Shown piece by piece: positions 31,503 through 41,742 of a DNA stretch of 64,000 bases. Positions within the stretch are counted from its first letter, which is position 1; the number at the start of each line of letters is the position of its first letter. Under the pieces are notes generated by a model. That model was not told the DNA's origin, searched no databases, and saw only the letters and a program-made list of their open reading frames with translations. Source of the stretch: Spirochaetia bacterium. Lineage in GTDB: Bacteria; Spirochaetota; Spirochaetia; SZUA-6; Bin103. The stretch is taken from the NCBI GenBank assembly GCA_965198005.1, contig CBDAOI010000004.1:864001-928000 (forward strand), given 5' to 3'. The position numbers were made by a program, and so were the translations under genes.

Positions 31503-31685
31503 TCAGGCCAGCAGCTCGCGCACGTCGGTCACGGCACCGGTGACGGCGGCGGCGGCCACCATCGCCGGGCTCATCAGCAGGGTGCGGCCGGTGGGCGACC
31601 CCTGGCGGCCGATGAAGTTGCGGTTGGACGAGGAGGCGCTCACCTGCTCGCCCACCAGCTTGTCCGGGTTCATCGCCAGGCACAT
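31503..31685 (-). pseudogene. leuC: Second, diverged copy of the leuC 3' end
   Basis: About 11 mismatches in 183 nt versus 10352..10534, mostly synonymous. Confidence 0.95.
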
Positions 31686-31910
31686 CGAGCAGCTACAGTT
31701 GTCACTATCGCCTCGAAGATGCCGCCCAATGGCACCATATCAGCAACGAACTTGCTCCGAGGAGCCGATGGTCAGAGCTGCTCGACAGCCCGCACCTGCG
31801 TAGCCTCACTATGGAGAGCCGGCGGCAGGCAGGTCCCAAGGGACACCTGCAAATCAGGGTAGAACCGTCGGCACGTATCGAAAACGGCATATGTTCACTA
31901 CCATGTCCCG

Positions 31911-32105
31911 GTGCCGGGGCCACACACTAGTGTTCGCACGTTGCAGGCGTGGGAGGGCGTCGTGACGGCGGTCGCGGAAGAGTCATTCGCCGTCAAGCTG
32001 GTGGATCTGATCAGCAACCAGCCAGATGAAGAAGCGGACATCGACTTCGAAGACGTAAGCAAGGATGAACGAGCGCTCGTCAAGGTTGGAGCAATATTCC
32101 TACGG
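31911..32105 (+). pseudogene. Fragment of a conserved hypothetical family
   Basis: LQAWEGVV...FAVKLVDL...EADIDFEDVS.DERALV..GAIF pattern; both ends lost. Confidence 0.45.
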
Positions 32106-32446
32106 AGAGTGTGCCGTCATCCACGTCGGGCTCGGCGGTCGGGATAGAGGGTCGAGGTGTACTGCCGGGCTCACCGACGTGGCGTCCCCCGCGGAAAAGT
32201 GATCGGGCGCTGTGACGTCAATGACGTACGGACACAGCTCAATTGGACTCTGCGAACCGATGAGGTGAAACGGCCGCCGTGCCAACAGAACTACTGCCAA
32301 TATGAAGGATCCGATCCGGGGATGTCTCGACAGGTACAGCCTCAGCTGCGTAAGCCCGCTCTCAAGCCCCTGGACGCAGCCGTACTCGGCAGCACGGCAC
32401 AGGAGGTCACCAAGGACTCCACCGTTTCTCGCCGGCTTGCCCGTAG

Positions 32447-33030
32447 CTATTGCAGATGACGTCCGAACGAGACGTACAGCGTCTCGTCGTCATCGCCATC
32501 GTCGCTCGGCAGCGGACCGAGCAGCCGAGCCGTCATCGAGTCGTCCTCTGTCCCGTTGACGCGAGAGAACTCCCCATCGACGCGGACCAGGATGGCGCCA
32601 AGGTCGTCGGTGCGCCGGTCCTCGTCCTGACCAAGAATCAGAATCCTATCTCCGTCTCCGACACCGTCGCCGACATCGCGGTACCGCCGCACCCGACGCC
32701 GTGCCTCCGCGTTGAATGCCCTTGCATCCTCGCACAGGACGTTGCGGCGCGACGCTCGACGGAATACCATGGGCGACGACCATAGCTCCCGAATGAGGAT
32801 CTTGTCGGCCTTGGCTGACCAGTCCCCGGCAGGGCCCATGTGGAAGTGCTTGCGGAGGCCGGTACAGTGATCCTTGTCAGGATGGCTGACGAGGAGCACG
32901 TCTACGTACCAGCGACCCTCGCTGTCGCGCCCCAGCCGGTCACGAAGCAGCTGTGCCACATCGGGGGTGTTGTCGTCGGGATCGTCCGCCGCGGTTCGAA
33001 TGTTGATGTCTATCAGAATTCTGCAACCCG
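32447..33030 (-). pseudogene. Metallo-beta-lactamase-fold hydrolase fragment
   Basis: ILIDINIR, LLVSHPDKDHCTG (HxDxDH), ELWSSP. Confidence 0.7.
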
Positions 33031-34034
33031 ATTCGGTCGTGACGCGGACGCTGGAACGGCTGGCGGAAGCGCTGGAGGTCTCAGTCCGCGAGTTGGTCAC
33101 CCCGGTGCGGCGCCTCGCGAGCGTTCGGTTTCGCGCCCCCGCGCGCGTGCGCGCCCGCGAGCAGATCCTGGCCCGGGTGGCAACGTGGCTCGATGACTAC
33201 TGCGCGCTGGAGAACTCTCTCGCCGTGGCCAAGCAGTTCACGGTTCGGCGACCTTTCCAAGCCAAACCTGACCCGATCGCCGTCGCACGGGATGCACGCA
33301 GGCAGTTCGGCCTCAGCGCGGACCAGCCGGTACAGGATATCTGCGGTCTGCTGGAGCAGCACGGCGTCAAGGTTCTGCTGCTGGATACCCGGCGCGACTC
33401 ATTCTTCGGATTGAGCGTCGGTCCCGAAGATGGTGGGCCGGCAGTGGTGGTGAATACCTGGGATCGGATTTCCGTTGAGCGTTGGATCTTCACTGCCGCG
33501 CATGAGTTAGGCCATCTGTTGCTGCATCCCGCCGAGTACGACAGCAGCGCCACCGACCTGCCGGTTGACGCAGAACGCGAGGCGGACGCCTTCGCGAGTG
33601 AGTTCTTGATGCCGAAAGAGGCATTTGCCGCGGCATGGCACCAGACGGAGGGGCACTCGCTATTGCTGCGAGTCCTCAAAGTCAAGCGGATCTTCCGTGT
33701 GAGCTACAAGACCGTCCTTTACCGGCTGGTGGAGTCGGGCCAAAGATCGAGCGATGTCTGGGGCGCGTTCCAGCGTCAACATCTCAGGCGCTTCGGAGAC
33801 ACGCTGCGCAAGGCAGACGAACCCGCCGCTCTGACCGAGAGTGAGTTTGCGTGGCAGTGGGGCCGGTCCGGCGAGCCGGACCGCCTCTCCCCGTACGACT
33901 TCGTGGAAGACCGCCTCTCACTTCTCGTGCGCCGAGCGCTCCGGAAAGGGCACATCTCCCTTGGGCGCGGTGCCGAAATCCTCGGTCTGAGCCGGGACCA
34001 GATGCGCCAGCGCGTTCAAGAGTGGGCCAACTGA
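33030..34034 (+). pseudogene. XRE-HTH + ImmA/IrrE metallopeptidase, HTH N-terminus truncated
   Basis: TLERLAEALEVSVREL, FTAAHELGH, EADAFASEFLMP, ISLGRGAEILGL. Confidence 0.8.
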
Positions 34035-34051
34035 AGCGAGCCGCCACTACC

Positions 34052-34290
34052 ATGCTCCTGGCCGACGCGGATGTCCTCATCGACTACCGCGACTCCGATT
34101 TGGAGGTAGTAGGGCTCATTGGGCAACACGTCGGCCCCGTATCCGTCCTGTCGCCGGTGCTGGATGAGGTCCGCGGGCTTTCACAGGCCGATTGTGAGCA
34201 GCTGTCTATTCCCGTCGTCATGGTCGCCACCCGACGCCTGCTCAAGGCCGCCAGCATCGACTCGAGTGTTCGGCCCCTATCCGGGCCTCG
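34052..34290 (+). pseudogene. Truncated PIN-domain partner of the ImmA protein
   Basis: MLLADADVLIDY...VLDEV; ends abruptly. Confidence 0.6.
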
Positions 34291-34295
34291 CCTAA

Positions 34296-35780
34296 TCAGT
34301 AGGACTGCTGGTCGGGGTCGATTTCGTCGACCCAGGCATTGATGCCGCCGTCCAGGTTGACCACGTCGCGGAAGCCCGCCTGTTGCATCTGGGCCACGGC
34401 GTTGGCGCTACGGCCGCCCAGCTTGCAGTGCACGACGTAGCTGGCCGCGGGATCGAGCTCGCCGAGGCGGTCCGGCAACTCGCCGAGCGGGATCAGCTCG
34501 GCGCCCTCGATCTGGTTGATGTCCGCCTCCCACGGCTCGCGCACGTCGATGAGTTGGAACCGGTCGCCGCGCTCGAGGCGGGCCTGCAGCTCGTGCACGT
34601 CGATCTCGCGGATGCCGCCGTCGGCGTCGCCATCGGCCGCTTCGCCGCCCGCCGCCGCGGCCTGTCCGCCGCCGCTGCCGTCGAATGCCGGCACGCCGCA
34701 GAACTGCTCGTAGTCGATCAGCTCGGTCACGGTCGGGTGCTCGCCGCACACCAGGCACTGCGGGTTGCGGCGCAGCTTGAGTTGGCGGAAGCCCAGCTTG
34801 AGGGCGTCGTAGATCACCAGCCGCCCGGCGGCCACCTCGCCGATGCCGAGCAGCACCTTGATCACCTCGTTGGCCTGCAGCGCGCCGACCACGCCGGGCA
34901 GCACGCCCAGCACGCCGCCCTCGGCGCAACTCGGCACCAGTCCCGGCGGCGGCGGCTCGCTGTACAGGCAGCGGTAGCAGGGGCCGCCCTGATAGTGGAA
35001 CACCGAGATCTGTCCCTCGAAGCGGAAGATCGAGCCGTACACGTTGGGCTTGCCGGTGAGCACGCAAGCATCGTTCACCAGGTAGCGCGTGGGGAAGTTG
35101 TCGGTGCCGTCGGCCACCACGTCGTAGTTCCTGAACAGCTCCAGCGCGTTGGCCGAAGTGAGCGGCCCCTCGATCGGCTCGATGGTGATGGTGGGGTTGA
35201 GGTCGGCCAGCCGGTCGGTTGCCCGCTGCAGCTTGGACTGCCCCACCTGCGAGGTGCCGTACAGGATCTGGCGCTGCAGGTTGGTCTCGTCGATCTTGTC
35301 GAACTCGACGATGCCGATGCGGCCGATGCCGGCCGCGACCAGGTACAGGGCCAGCGGCGAGCCGAGCCCGCCGGCGCCGATCAGCAGCGCGGAACTGGCC
35401 TTGAGCCGTTCCTGCCCCGCGCGCCCCACGTCGGGGATCAGGAGGTGGCGGCTGTAGCGCGCCAGCTCGGCTGCGCTCAGGGAAGCCGCGCCGCTGCCGC
35501 CGGCTCCGCCGGCAATCGACGGCACGATGGAGATGGTGTCGCCGCTCTTGACCGCGGTGTCCTCGCCGTCCTGATAGCGGATGTCTTCCTCGTTCACGTA
35601 GACGTTGACGAAGTTGCGCAGCGAGCCGTCGGCGCCGAACAGGTGCTTTCCCAGGTCGCCGTGGGCGGCCGCGAGTTGGCGCAGCACTTCGCCGACGGCG
35701 CCTTCGCCGTCGACCGAAACCGTGTCCTGATTGTCCAGAAAGGGCCGTAGCGGAGTGGGGATGTGAATGGTAATGGCCAT
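34296..35780 (-). CDS. moeB: MoaD/ThiS ubiquitin-like - MoeB/ThiF E1 - rhodanese fusion (MoeZ-like)
   Basis: IPTPLR...VYVNEEDIR...IVPSIAGG; RYSRH, GAGGLG, TDNFPTRY, CYRC; rhodanese IDVRE, HCKLGGRS. Confidence 0.92.
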   Translation of the reverse strand: MAITIHIPTPLRPFLDNQDTVSVDGEGAVGEVLRQLAAAHGDLGKHLFGADGSLRNFVNVYVNEEDIRYQDGEDTAVKSGDTISIVPSIAGGAGGSGAASLSAAELARYSRHLLIPDVGRAGQERLKASSALLIGAGGLGSPLALYLVAAGIGRIGIVEFDKIDETNLQRQILYGTSQVGQSKLQRATDRLADLNPTITIEPIEGPLTSANALELFRNYDVVADGTDNFPTRYLVNDACVLTGKPNVYGSIFRFEGQISVFHYQGGPCYRCLYSEPPPPGLVPSCAEGGVLGVLPGVVGALQANEVIKVLLGIGEVAAGRLVIYDALKLGFRQLKLRRNPQCLVCGEHPTVTELIDYEQFCGVPAFDGSGGGQAAAAGGEAADGDADGGIREIDVHELQARLERGDRFQLIDVREPWEADINQIEGAELIPLGELPDRLGELDPAASYVVHCKLGGRSANAVAQMQQAGFRDVVNLDGGINAWVDEIDPDQQSY

Positions 35781-35977
35781 GGTCCTACAATAGTACCCAC
35801 GATGCGGTACGCGGCCAAACCGGGCAGGTCGGACCAAGTCCCGGCAGGCTCGGCCGCTCGCGACCGGCCGACTGCACGGGGACGACGCGACCCGCCACGC
35901 GCGCCACGATGCCTGCTTCGAGATTCGCCGGATCCTGGTGTATGTTCTGTCGACGGCGACTGACAGGAGCGCGACCC

Positions 35978-36191
35978 GTGGAACGCAGGAACCTGGACAC
36001 CGACTATCTGAAACGAAGCGCTCCTGGTACTGCGCGGCCCGGGACTGGGCAGGATCGACGCCTCTCGGCTGGCAGACCTGGAGGAAGCGCTGCGGGACTC
36101 CACGATCCCGTTTCTGGTGGAGGCGCGCGATTGGGCGAGGCTGCCGGAGAGCTTTCGTCGGGAGATCGAACGGGAATACGTTGTCTTGTGA
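35978..36191 (+). pseudogene. Collapsed HEPN/MNT toxin-antitoxin pair
   Basis: RBS then VERRNLDTDYLKRS, joined out of frame to LVLRGPGL...LEEALRDSTIPFLVEARDWARLPESFRREIEREYVVL*. Confidence 0.6.
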
Positions 36192-37333
36192 TGCGGCCGA
36201 CTGACCTGACCATCACCCTCGGCGTGGAAGAGGAGTTCTTCCTGGTGGATCCCGAGACGCGGGATCTGATCGCCGATCCGGACCCGGCGCTGTTCGCCGA
36301 CTGTGAGCGGCACCACGGACCGCACAAGGTCGTGCACGAGTTTCTGCGCGCGCAGATCGAGACCAATACGCGAGTGTGCAGCTCCATCGCCGATCTGCGG
36401 GCCGCCCTGGTCGAGACCCGGAGGTTGGTGATCGACGCCGCGCAACGCCACGGCGCCGCGGTCATGGCCGCTTCGACCCATCCCTTCGCGCACTGGAGCG
36501 ATCAGTCGATTACCCCGAAAGAGCGTTACGGCCGGTTGGCGGTGGCATTTCAGGAGGTGGCCCGCCGTTTCCTGGTCGGCGGCATGCACGTCCACGCCGG
36601 CTTCGGCGATCCCGACTCGCGGTTGCGGGTGATGACCGCGCTGCGCCGCTACCTGCCGGTACTGCACGCGCTGTCCACCTCGTCGCCGTTCAACGCCGGC
36701 CGCGAGACCGGCTTCAAGTCCTACCGGCTGACGATCATCGGCGCGCTGCCCCGCACCAGTCTGCCGCCGCCGTTTCATTCCCGTGCGGAGTACGATCGGC
36801 TGGTGGCCGCCTACCGGGCCATGGAGTTCATCGATGACGGCAGCGAGCTGTGGTGGGACATTCGCCCGGGGGCCGTCTATCCCACCGTCGAAGTGCGGAT
36901 CTGCGACGTCTGCCCGCGACTGGAGGATACGCTGAGCATCGCGGCCCTGTACGCCTGTCTGGTCAGACGGCTGCTGCGCCGGGACGCCGAGGGTGGCCTC
37001 CCGCCGGAGCCGCCGACCGAGATCATCGCCGAGAACCGCTGGCTGGCGGCGCGTTACGGCGTGCTCTCGTTGTTCGGCGACACCTCCTCCGGGGGGCGGA
37101 TCGACATCGACGAGTACGTCGCGCAACTGGTGCGCGAATTGGCCGCCGATGCCACTGCGCTCGGCTGTGAAGCGGAGCTGCAGGGCGTGCTGCGGATCAT
37201 CCGCGATGGTACCGGCGGCGATCGGCTGCTCGACCTGTTCCGGCTGCGCCGGCTGGAGGGCTGCAGCGTCCCGCAGGCGCTGCGCGCGGTGGTGGATCTG
37301 GCGGTCGCCGATACCCGCGCGGGACTGGCCTGA
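36191..37333 (+). CDS. ybdK: Carboxylate-amine (glutamate-cysteine) ligase, GCS2 family
   Basis: TLGVEEEF, GMHVH, SSPF, WWDIRP, TVEVRICD, ENRWLAARYG. Confidence 0.92.
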   Translation: MRPTDLTITLGVEEEFFLVDPETRDLIADPDPALFADCERHHGPHKVVHEFLRAQIETNTRVCSSIADLRAALVETRRLVIDAAQRHGAAVMAASTHPFAHWSDQSITPKERYGRLAVAFQEVARRFLVGGMHVHAGFGDPDSRLRVMTALRRYLPVLHALSTSSPFNAGRETGFKSYRLTIIGALPRTSLPPPFHSRAEYDRLVAAYRAMEFIDDGSELWWDIRPGAVYPTVEVRICDVCPRLEDTLSIAALYACLVRRLLRRDAEGGLPPEPPTEIIAENRWLAARYGVLSLFGDTSSGGRIDIDEYVAQLVRELAADATALGCEAELQGVLRIIRDGTGGDRLLDLFRLRRLEGCSVPQALRAVVDLAVADTRAGLA

Positions 37334-37403
37334 CCGGGAGCTGCCAGAGCTGCAAGCCCGGTGGTGCGGCGGGCGCGGTTCGGGGTATGCTGTGGACTCA
37401 TCC

Positions 37404-39209
37404 ATGACCAATGATCAGCCCCTCATCGTGCAAGGTGTGGACACTCTGCTGCTGGAGGTGGCCACTCCCCGGTTCGAGGCGGCGCGGTCGCAGCTTCTGG
37501 CGTTCGCGGAGTTGATCAAGGCGCCCGAGCACGTTCATACCTACCGCGTCACCGCCCTGTCGATCTGGAACGCGCGCGCCGCCGGCGTGACCGTGGAGCA
37601 GATCGTCGCGACCCTGCGCGAGTTCAGCCGCTACCCGGTGCCCGAGGCCACGGTCGCCGAGATCCGTTCCCACGCCGCGCGCTTCGGCAAGCTGCGGCTG
37701 CTGGCCGGGGACCACGGGCTGGTGCTCGAATCGAGCGACGACGAGTCGTTGGAAATCGCGCGCCGCCATCGCGAGGTGTCCAAGTGGCTGGGCGACCGCA
37801 TCGGCCGGCGCACGTTCCAGGTGGACGCCGAGAAGCGCGGCCTGCTCAAGCTGGCGCTGGTGCGCGCCGGCTTTCCGCCCAACGACGAAGCCGGCTACAC
37901 CCGCGGGCTGCCGCTCAGCTTCGCGTTGCGCGAGACCACGCTGAGCGGACAGCCGTTCGTCTTGCGCGCTTACCAGGTGGAGGCGGCGCGCGCGTTCGAC
38001 GATGCGCGCCTCACCGCCGGCGGCAGCGGCGTCATCGTGCTGCCGTGCGGCGCCGGCAAGACGGTGGTCGGCCTGGCCTGCGCGCGCGCCCTGCAGTGCA
38101 CCACGCTGGTGCTCTGCACCAGCGTCACGGCGGCCCGGCAGTGGATCGCCGAGGCGCTCGACAAGACCACCCTGGACGCGGAGCAGGTGGGCCTCTACGC
38201 CGGTCCCAAGCGCGCCCTGCGGCCGTTCACGGTGGCCACCTACCAGATGCTCACCTACCGTCGCCGGGCCGACGAGCCGATGACCAACCTGGAGGTGTTC
38301 GACCGTGGCAACTGGGGCCTGATCATCTACGACGAGGTGCACCTGCTGCCGGCGCCGGTGTTCCAGATCACCGCGGCCCTGCAGGCGCGCCGGCGGCTGG
38401 GGTTGACCGCGACCCTGGTGCGGGAGGATGGTCACGAGGACGATGTGTTCGCCCTGATCGGCCCCAAGAAGGCCGACGTCCCGTGGCGTGAGCTGGAGCA
38501 TCAGGGCTGGGTGGCTACCGCCCGCTGCACCGAGCTGCGCGTGCCGCTGGCGCGGGAGCGGCGTCTGAGCTACGCGGCGTCCGGCCCGCGCCGGCAGTTC
38601 CGCATGGCGGCCGAGAACCCGGCCAAGACCGCCCTGGTGCGGGCGCTGCTGGAGCGGCATCCCGATGACCGCATCCTGGTGATGGCGATGTACGTCGAGC
38701 AGATCAGGGAGCTGGCAGCCGCCCTCGACATCCCCGTGCTCACCGGCACTTCCTCCCAGAAGCGGCGCGACAAGCTGTTCGCGGCGTTCCGCGACGGTGA
38801 GATCCGGCGCCTGGCGGTGAGCAAGATCGGCAGCCTCGCCCTCGACCTGCCGGAGGCCAACGTCGCCATCCAGGTCTCCGGCACCTTCGGCTCACGCCAG
38901 GAAGAGGCGCAGCGCCTCGGCCGCATCCTGCGCCCCAAGCGCGACGGCGGGCAGGCATACTTCTATTCGCTGGTCAGCGCCGCCACCGTGGAGCAGGAAT
39001 TCGCCATGCACCGCCAGCGCTTTCTCTGCGAGCAGGGCTACGAGTACGCCATCGCCGACGCCGAGGCTCCCGAAGCTGGTGCCGTCGAACCCATGCCGCC
39101 CGCGCCACCGGCGGTGAATGGCGTGGATGCGGCGCCGGCCGCGGCCGGAGCGAGCCCTGAGCGGCGCTTTCAACTCGTCCGTCCCGGCGAGCTCAATCCA
39201 CCTCGGTGA
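37404..39209 (+). CDS. XPB/Rad25-family DNA helicase
   Basis: PLIVQG, KAPEHVHTYR, LPCGAGKT, YDEVH, GLTAT, QRLGRILR. Confidence 0.93.
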   Translation: MTNDQPLIVQGVDTLLLEVATPRFEAARSQLLAFAELIKAPEHVHTYRVTALSIWNARAAGVTVEQIVATLREFSRYPVPEATVAEIRSHAARFGKLRLLAGDHGLVLESSDDESLEIARRHREVSKWLGDRIGRRTFQVDAEKRGLLKLALVRAGFPPNDEAGYTRGLPLSFALRETTLSGQPFVLRAYQVEAARAFDDARLTAGGSGVIVLPCGAGKTVVGLACARALQCTTLVLCTSVTAARQWIAEALDKTTLDAEQVGLYAGPKRALRPFTVATYQMLTYRRRADEPMTNLEVFDRGNWGLIIYDEVHLLPAPVFQITAALQARRRLGLTATLVREDGHEDDVFALIGPKKADVPWRELEHQGWVATARCTELRVPLARERRLSYAASGPRRQFRMAAENPAKTALVRALLERHPDDRILVMAMYVEQIRELAAALDIPVLTGTSSQKRRDKLFAAFRDGEIRRLAVSKIGSLALDLPEANVAIQVSGTFGSRQEEAQRLGRILRPKRDGGQAYFYSLVSAATVEQEFAMHRQRFLCEQGYEYAIADAEAPEAGAVEPMPPAPPAVNGVDAAPAAAGASPERRFQLVRPGELNPPR

Positions 39210-41236
39210 AGCTGCCCCAGGTCGATTGGAAACGGTTCCTGGCGTTGCTCCCGCAGTGGGACGAGCTGCCGGACAATCTGCGCACGGATTGGCTTCAGTT
39301 GCACCCGTCGGAGCGCTACACGTTGGTTCCCGGGGGCAAAGCTGATGCGCTGATCCGCGGCGGCTGGCTCACGCCGGCCGGCGGTGACCGCTACGAGCTG
39401 GCGCGCCGGCGGCGCTACTTTCATCGCGCCCTGCGCGCGTGCTCGCGCGTGGCGGTGTTCGACCGTTACGGGAGCGGCGACCGGAAAATGCTGGTCGACT
39501 ACCTGGGCGAGCACTTCTCGCCGCGCGATTACGCGACGCTCGGTCGCGCGGGCGCCGGGACGGATTGCGCCGGGCTGGCCGCGGAGATGAACCGTGAGGA
39601 GTGGCTGGGCGAATTCCTGCGCTGGGCGAGCCCCGGAGGCGCAGCCGAGGGACCCGCGCAACGGTGGCGCCGCGCGTCGCCGGCAGCCGTCACCGCCGCG
39701 CGCGCACTGGTCGAAGCGGCAATCGACCGTGGCGCACCGATTCCCCTTGCCGAGCTGATGAACTCGGCGGACCACGTCTCCCGCCCCAGCCAGATCGCGT
39801 TGGGGTTGGCATTCGGCTGCGGGGAGGCGCTGCTGCTGGTCGGCCTCGATGGCGCGGCGCTGCCCTTCATCGGGGTGTGGCCGGCGTCCCGCTCCACCCC
39901 GGCCGCCGCGGCTCCCGCGCGGGCGCCGCAGTTCGCCGACGCCACGCCGCTGTTCTGCCGGCCGTTGCTGATCGACGACATGGCGACCCTGCTGCTGGAG
40001 TCGACGGCGGCGCCGCCACGCCTCAAGGCCGGCGAACGCCTCGAGCTGTTCGCCCGCGCCCGCGACGCCATCGGTGCCGCGCTCCCGCCGCTGCCGCCCT
40101 GGATCAAGACCGCCGATGGACCACTGGCTCGCGACTCTCGGGTCGACGTGGCCGCGTATTCCGCGCGCCGGCTGGGGTTGGCGGCCACCACGGGCATGCG
40201 CGGCAAGGACTTCAGCCTGGAGGTAACCGAACGCGGCCGCCGCTGGCTGACGGTCGGCGCCGGAGCACGACTCAAGCAGGTGCTCGACGTGGTGCGCGAT
40301 GGTGTCGACGAGGAACGAGGGCGGGCCCCCGACGCGGACTATCCGTATGGCGTGCCTGGGGGCACGAGTGATGACTCCGCGGCGTTGGAACCGGGCCTCA
40401 GCTATCTGCCGTACGACCCCGGCCTGGAGTATCCGTGGATCCACCATCTCGACTGCCGCGCGGCCGTCACCGATGCCTTTCGCTCGGTCGCGGCCGCCGC
40501 CGCGGTCGGCCTTGTCGAGTTCGTGGACGGGCATTGCCGCGAGAGTAATCCGCTCACCGCCATCGCCTTCATGCCCTACGTGGACGAAGAAACCATCGAC
40601 CGGCAGTGGGCAACGGCGTTGCATACCTTCTTCAACCGGCGTCTGATTGCGCTGGGGGCAGTGGCGCTGGGCCTGCTGACCGACGGCCACCTCGGGTTCC
40701 GTCTCACGCCGGTTGGCCGGTATCTGCTGGGGGAGACCGATGAGCTCGAGTTGGACGCGCCTGAGGAGCCCGGCGATATCCTCGTGCAGCCCAACTTCGA
40801 GATCGTGTTTCTGGCGCCGTCGCTGGACGCCCAGCTCCGCGCCCGTTCCTGCGCAGACCCGACGGCCGCGCTGGAAGGACCGGAATCGGTGGGCACGTTG
40901 TTCGTCCTGCGCCGGGAGTCGGTGCAACGCGCCGTCATCGCGGGCCAGGACGCGGACCGCATCGTCGCCTCACTGCGCGAGCTGTCCAAGCATCCGCTGC
41001 CGGACAACGTGCAACGGCAGGTAACCACGTGGGCCGCGGAGGTGCGCTGGATCGACGTGCACCCGGCGGTGGTGGTGGACTGCGGCGATCCCGAGACCGC
41101 CGCCCGCGTGCTGACGGTAGTCGGCAAGGCGGGCCGGCAACTGTCCGCTACCGCGGTGGAGTTGCTCGTCGGGAACAAGCTCACCGCGGCGATGCGCAAG
41201 AAGCTGATGGCCGGGGGCATCTTCGTACGTTCATGA
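39206..41236 (+). CDS. XPB-associated protein with a Helicase_C_3-like C-terminal domain
   Basis: LVQPNFEIV...RESVQRA...G...L..LSKHPLPDNV...W; start overlaps the helicase stop. Confidence 0.75.
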   Translation: MKLPQVDWKRFLALLPQWDELPDNLRTDWLQLHPSERYTLVPGGKADALIRGGWLTPAGGDRYELARRRRYFHRALRACSRVAVFDRYGSGDRKMLVDYLGEHFSPRDYATLGRAGAGTDCAGLAAEMNREEWLGEFLRWASPGGAAEGPAQRWRRASPAAVTAARALVEAAIDRGAPIPLAELMNSADHVSRPSQIALGLAFGCGEALLLVGLDGAALPFIGVWPASRSTPAAAAPARAPQFADATPLFCRPLLIDDMATLLLESTAAPPRLKAGERLELFARARDAIGAALPPLPPWIKTADGPLARDSRVDVAAYSARRLGLAATTGMRGKDFSLEVTERGRRWLTVGAGARLKQVLDVVRDGVDEERGRAPDADYPYGVPGGTSDDSAALEPGLSYLPYDPGLEYPWIHHLDCRAAVTDAFRSVAAAAAVGLVEFVDGHCRESNPLTAIAFMPYVDEETIDRQWATALHTFFNRRLIALGAVALGLLTDGHLGFRLTPVGRYLLGETDELELDAPEEPGDILVQPNFEIVFLAPSLDAQLRARSCADPTAALEGPESVGTLFVLRRESVQRAVIAGQDADRIVASLRELSKHPLPDNVQRQVTTWAAEVRWIDVHPAVVVDCGDPETAARVLTVVGKAGRQLSATAVELLVGNKLTAAMRKKLMAGGIFVRS

Positions 41237-41274
41237 CCGGGTTCACGGCGTCACGCGAAATACGTCGGCGAGGT

Positions 41275-41742
41275 TCAGCGTGAAGCCCTTAGTGGCTCCG
41301 CCGGCTTGATGAGCAGATCGTCGGTGCGGAAGGCGGAGCGCTCGTCGTTGAGCAGGAACGCCCCGGCAGCGTCGGCCCGGGGCGTGCTATCCCCTACGCG
41401 GCGAACCGACACGATGATGTAGACGAAGTTGGGCTGGGCGAGTTCGAGGTCGGTCGCGCTCGGCCGGGCCGGGTGGTCCGGGTGGGAGTGGTAGAAGCCG
41501 AGCAGCGTCTGGCCGGCGGCGTCGGCCGCCCGCTCGGCGGCCAGATAGTCGAGCGGCGACACCAGATAGCGGCGCTCGCGGTTGGCGCCGGAGCGGTTGT
41601 CGATGGGGAATAGCCGTTGCACGGTGCGCGTCCCACCCTCGGCCGTGACGGTGCCGATCAGGGCGCCGACGCACTCTTCGGGGTACGCCTCACGTCCGTG
41701 CCGCTCGATTTCAGTGAAAAGGGTCTGCGGTAACGTAGTCAT
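41275..41742 (-). CDS. JAB/Mov34 metallopeptidase (Mec-like)
   Basis: YPEECVGAL, GFYHSHPDHPARPSATD. Confidence 0.92.
   Translation of the reverse strand: MTTLPQTLFTEIERHGREAYPEECVGALIGTVTAEGGTRTVQRLFPIDNRSGANRERRYLVSPLDYLAAERAADAAGQTLLGFYHSHPDHPARPSATDLELAQPNFVYIIVSVRRVGDSTPRADAAGAFLLNDERSAFRTDDLLIKPAEPLRASR

Noticed and set aside
31503-31685. leuC duplicate as a DGR template/variable repeat
   Set aside because: Differences are mostly third-position C/G changes, not adenine-specific, and no reverse transcriptase is in the window
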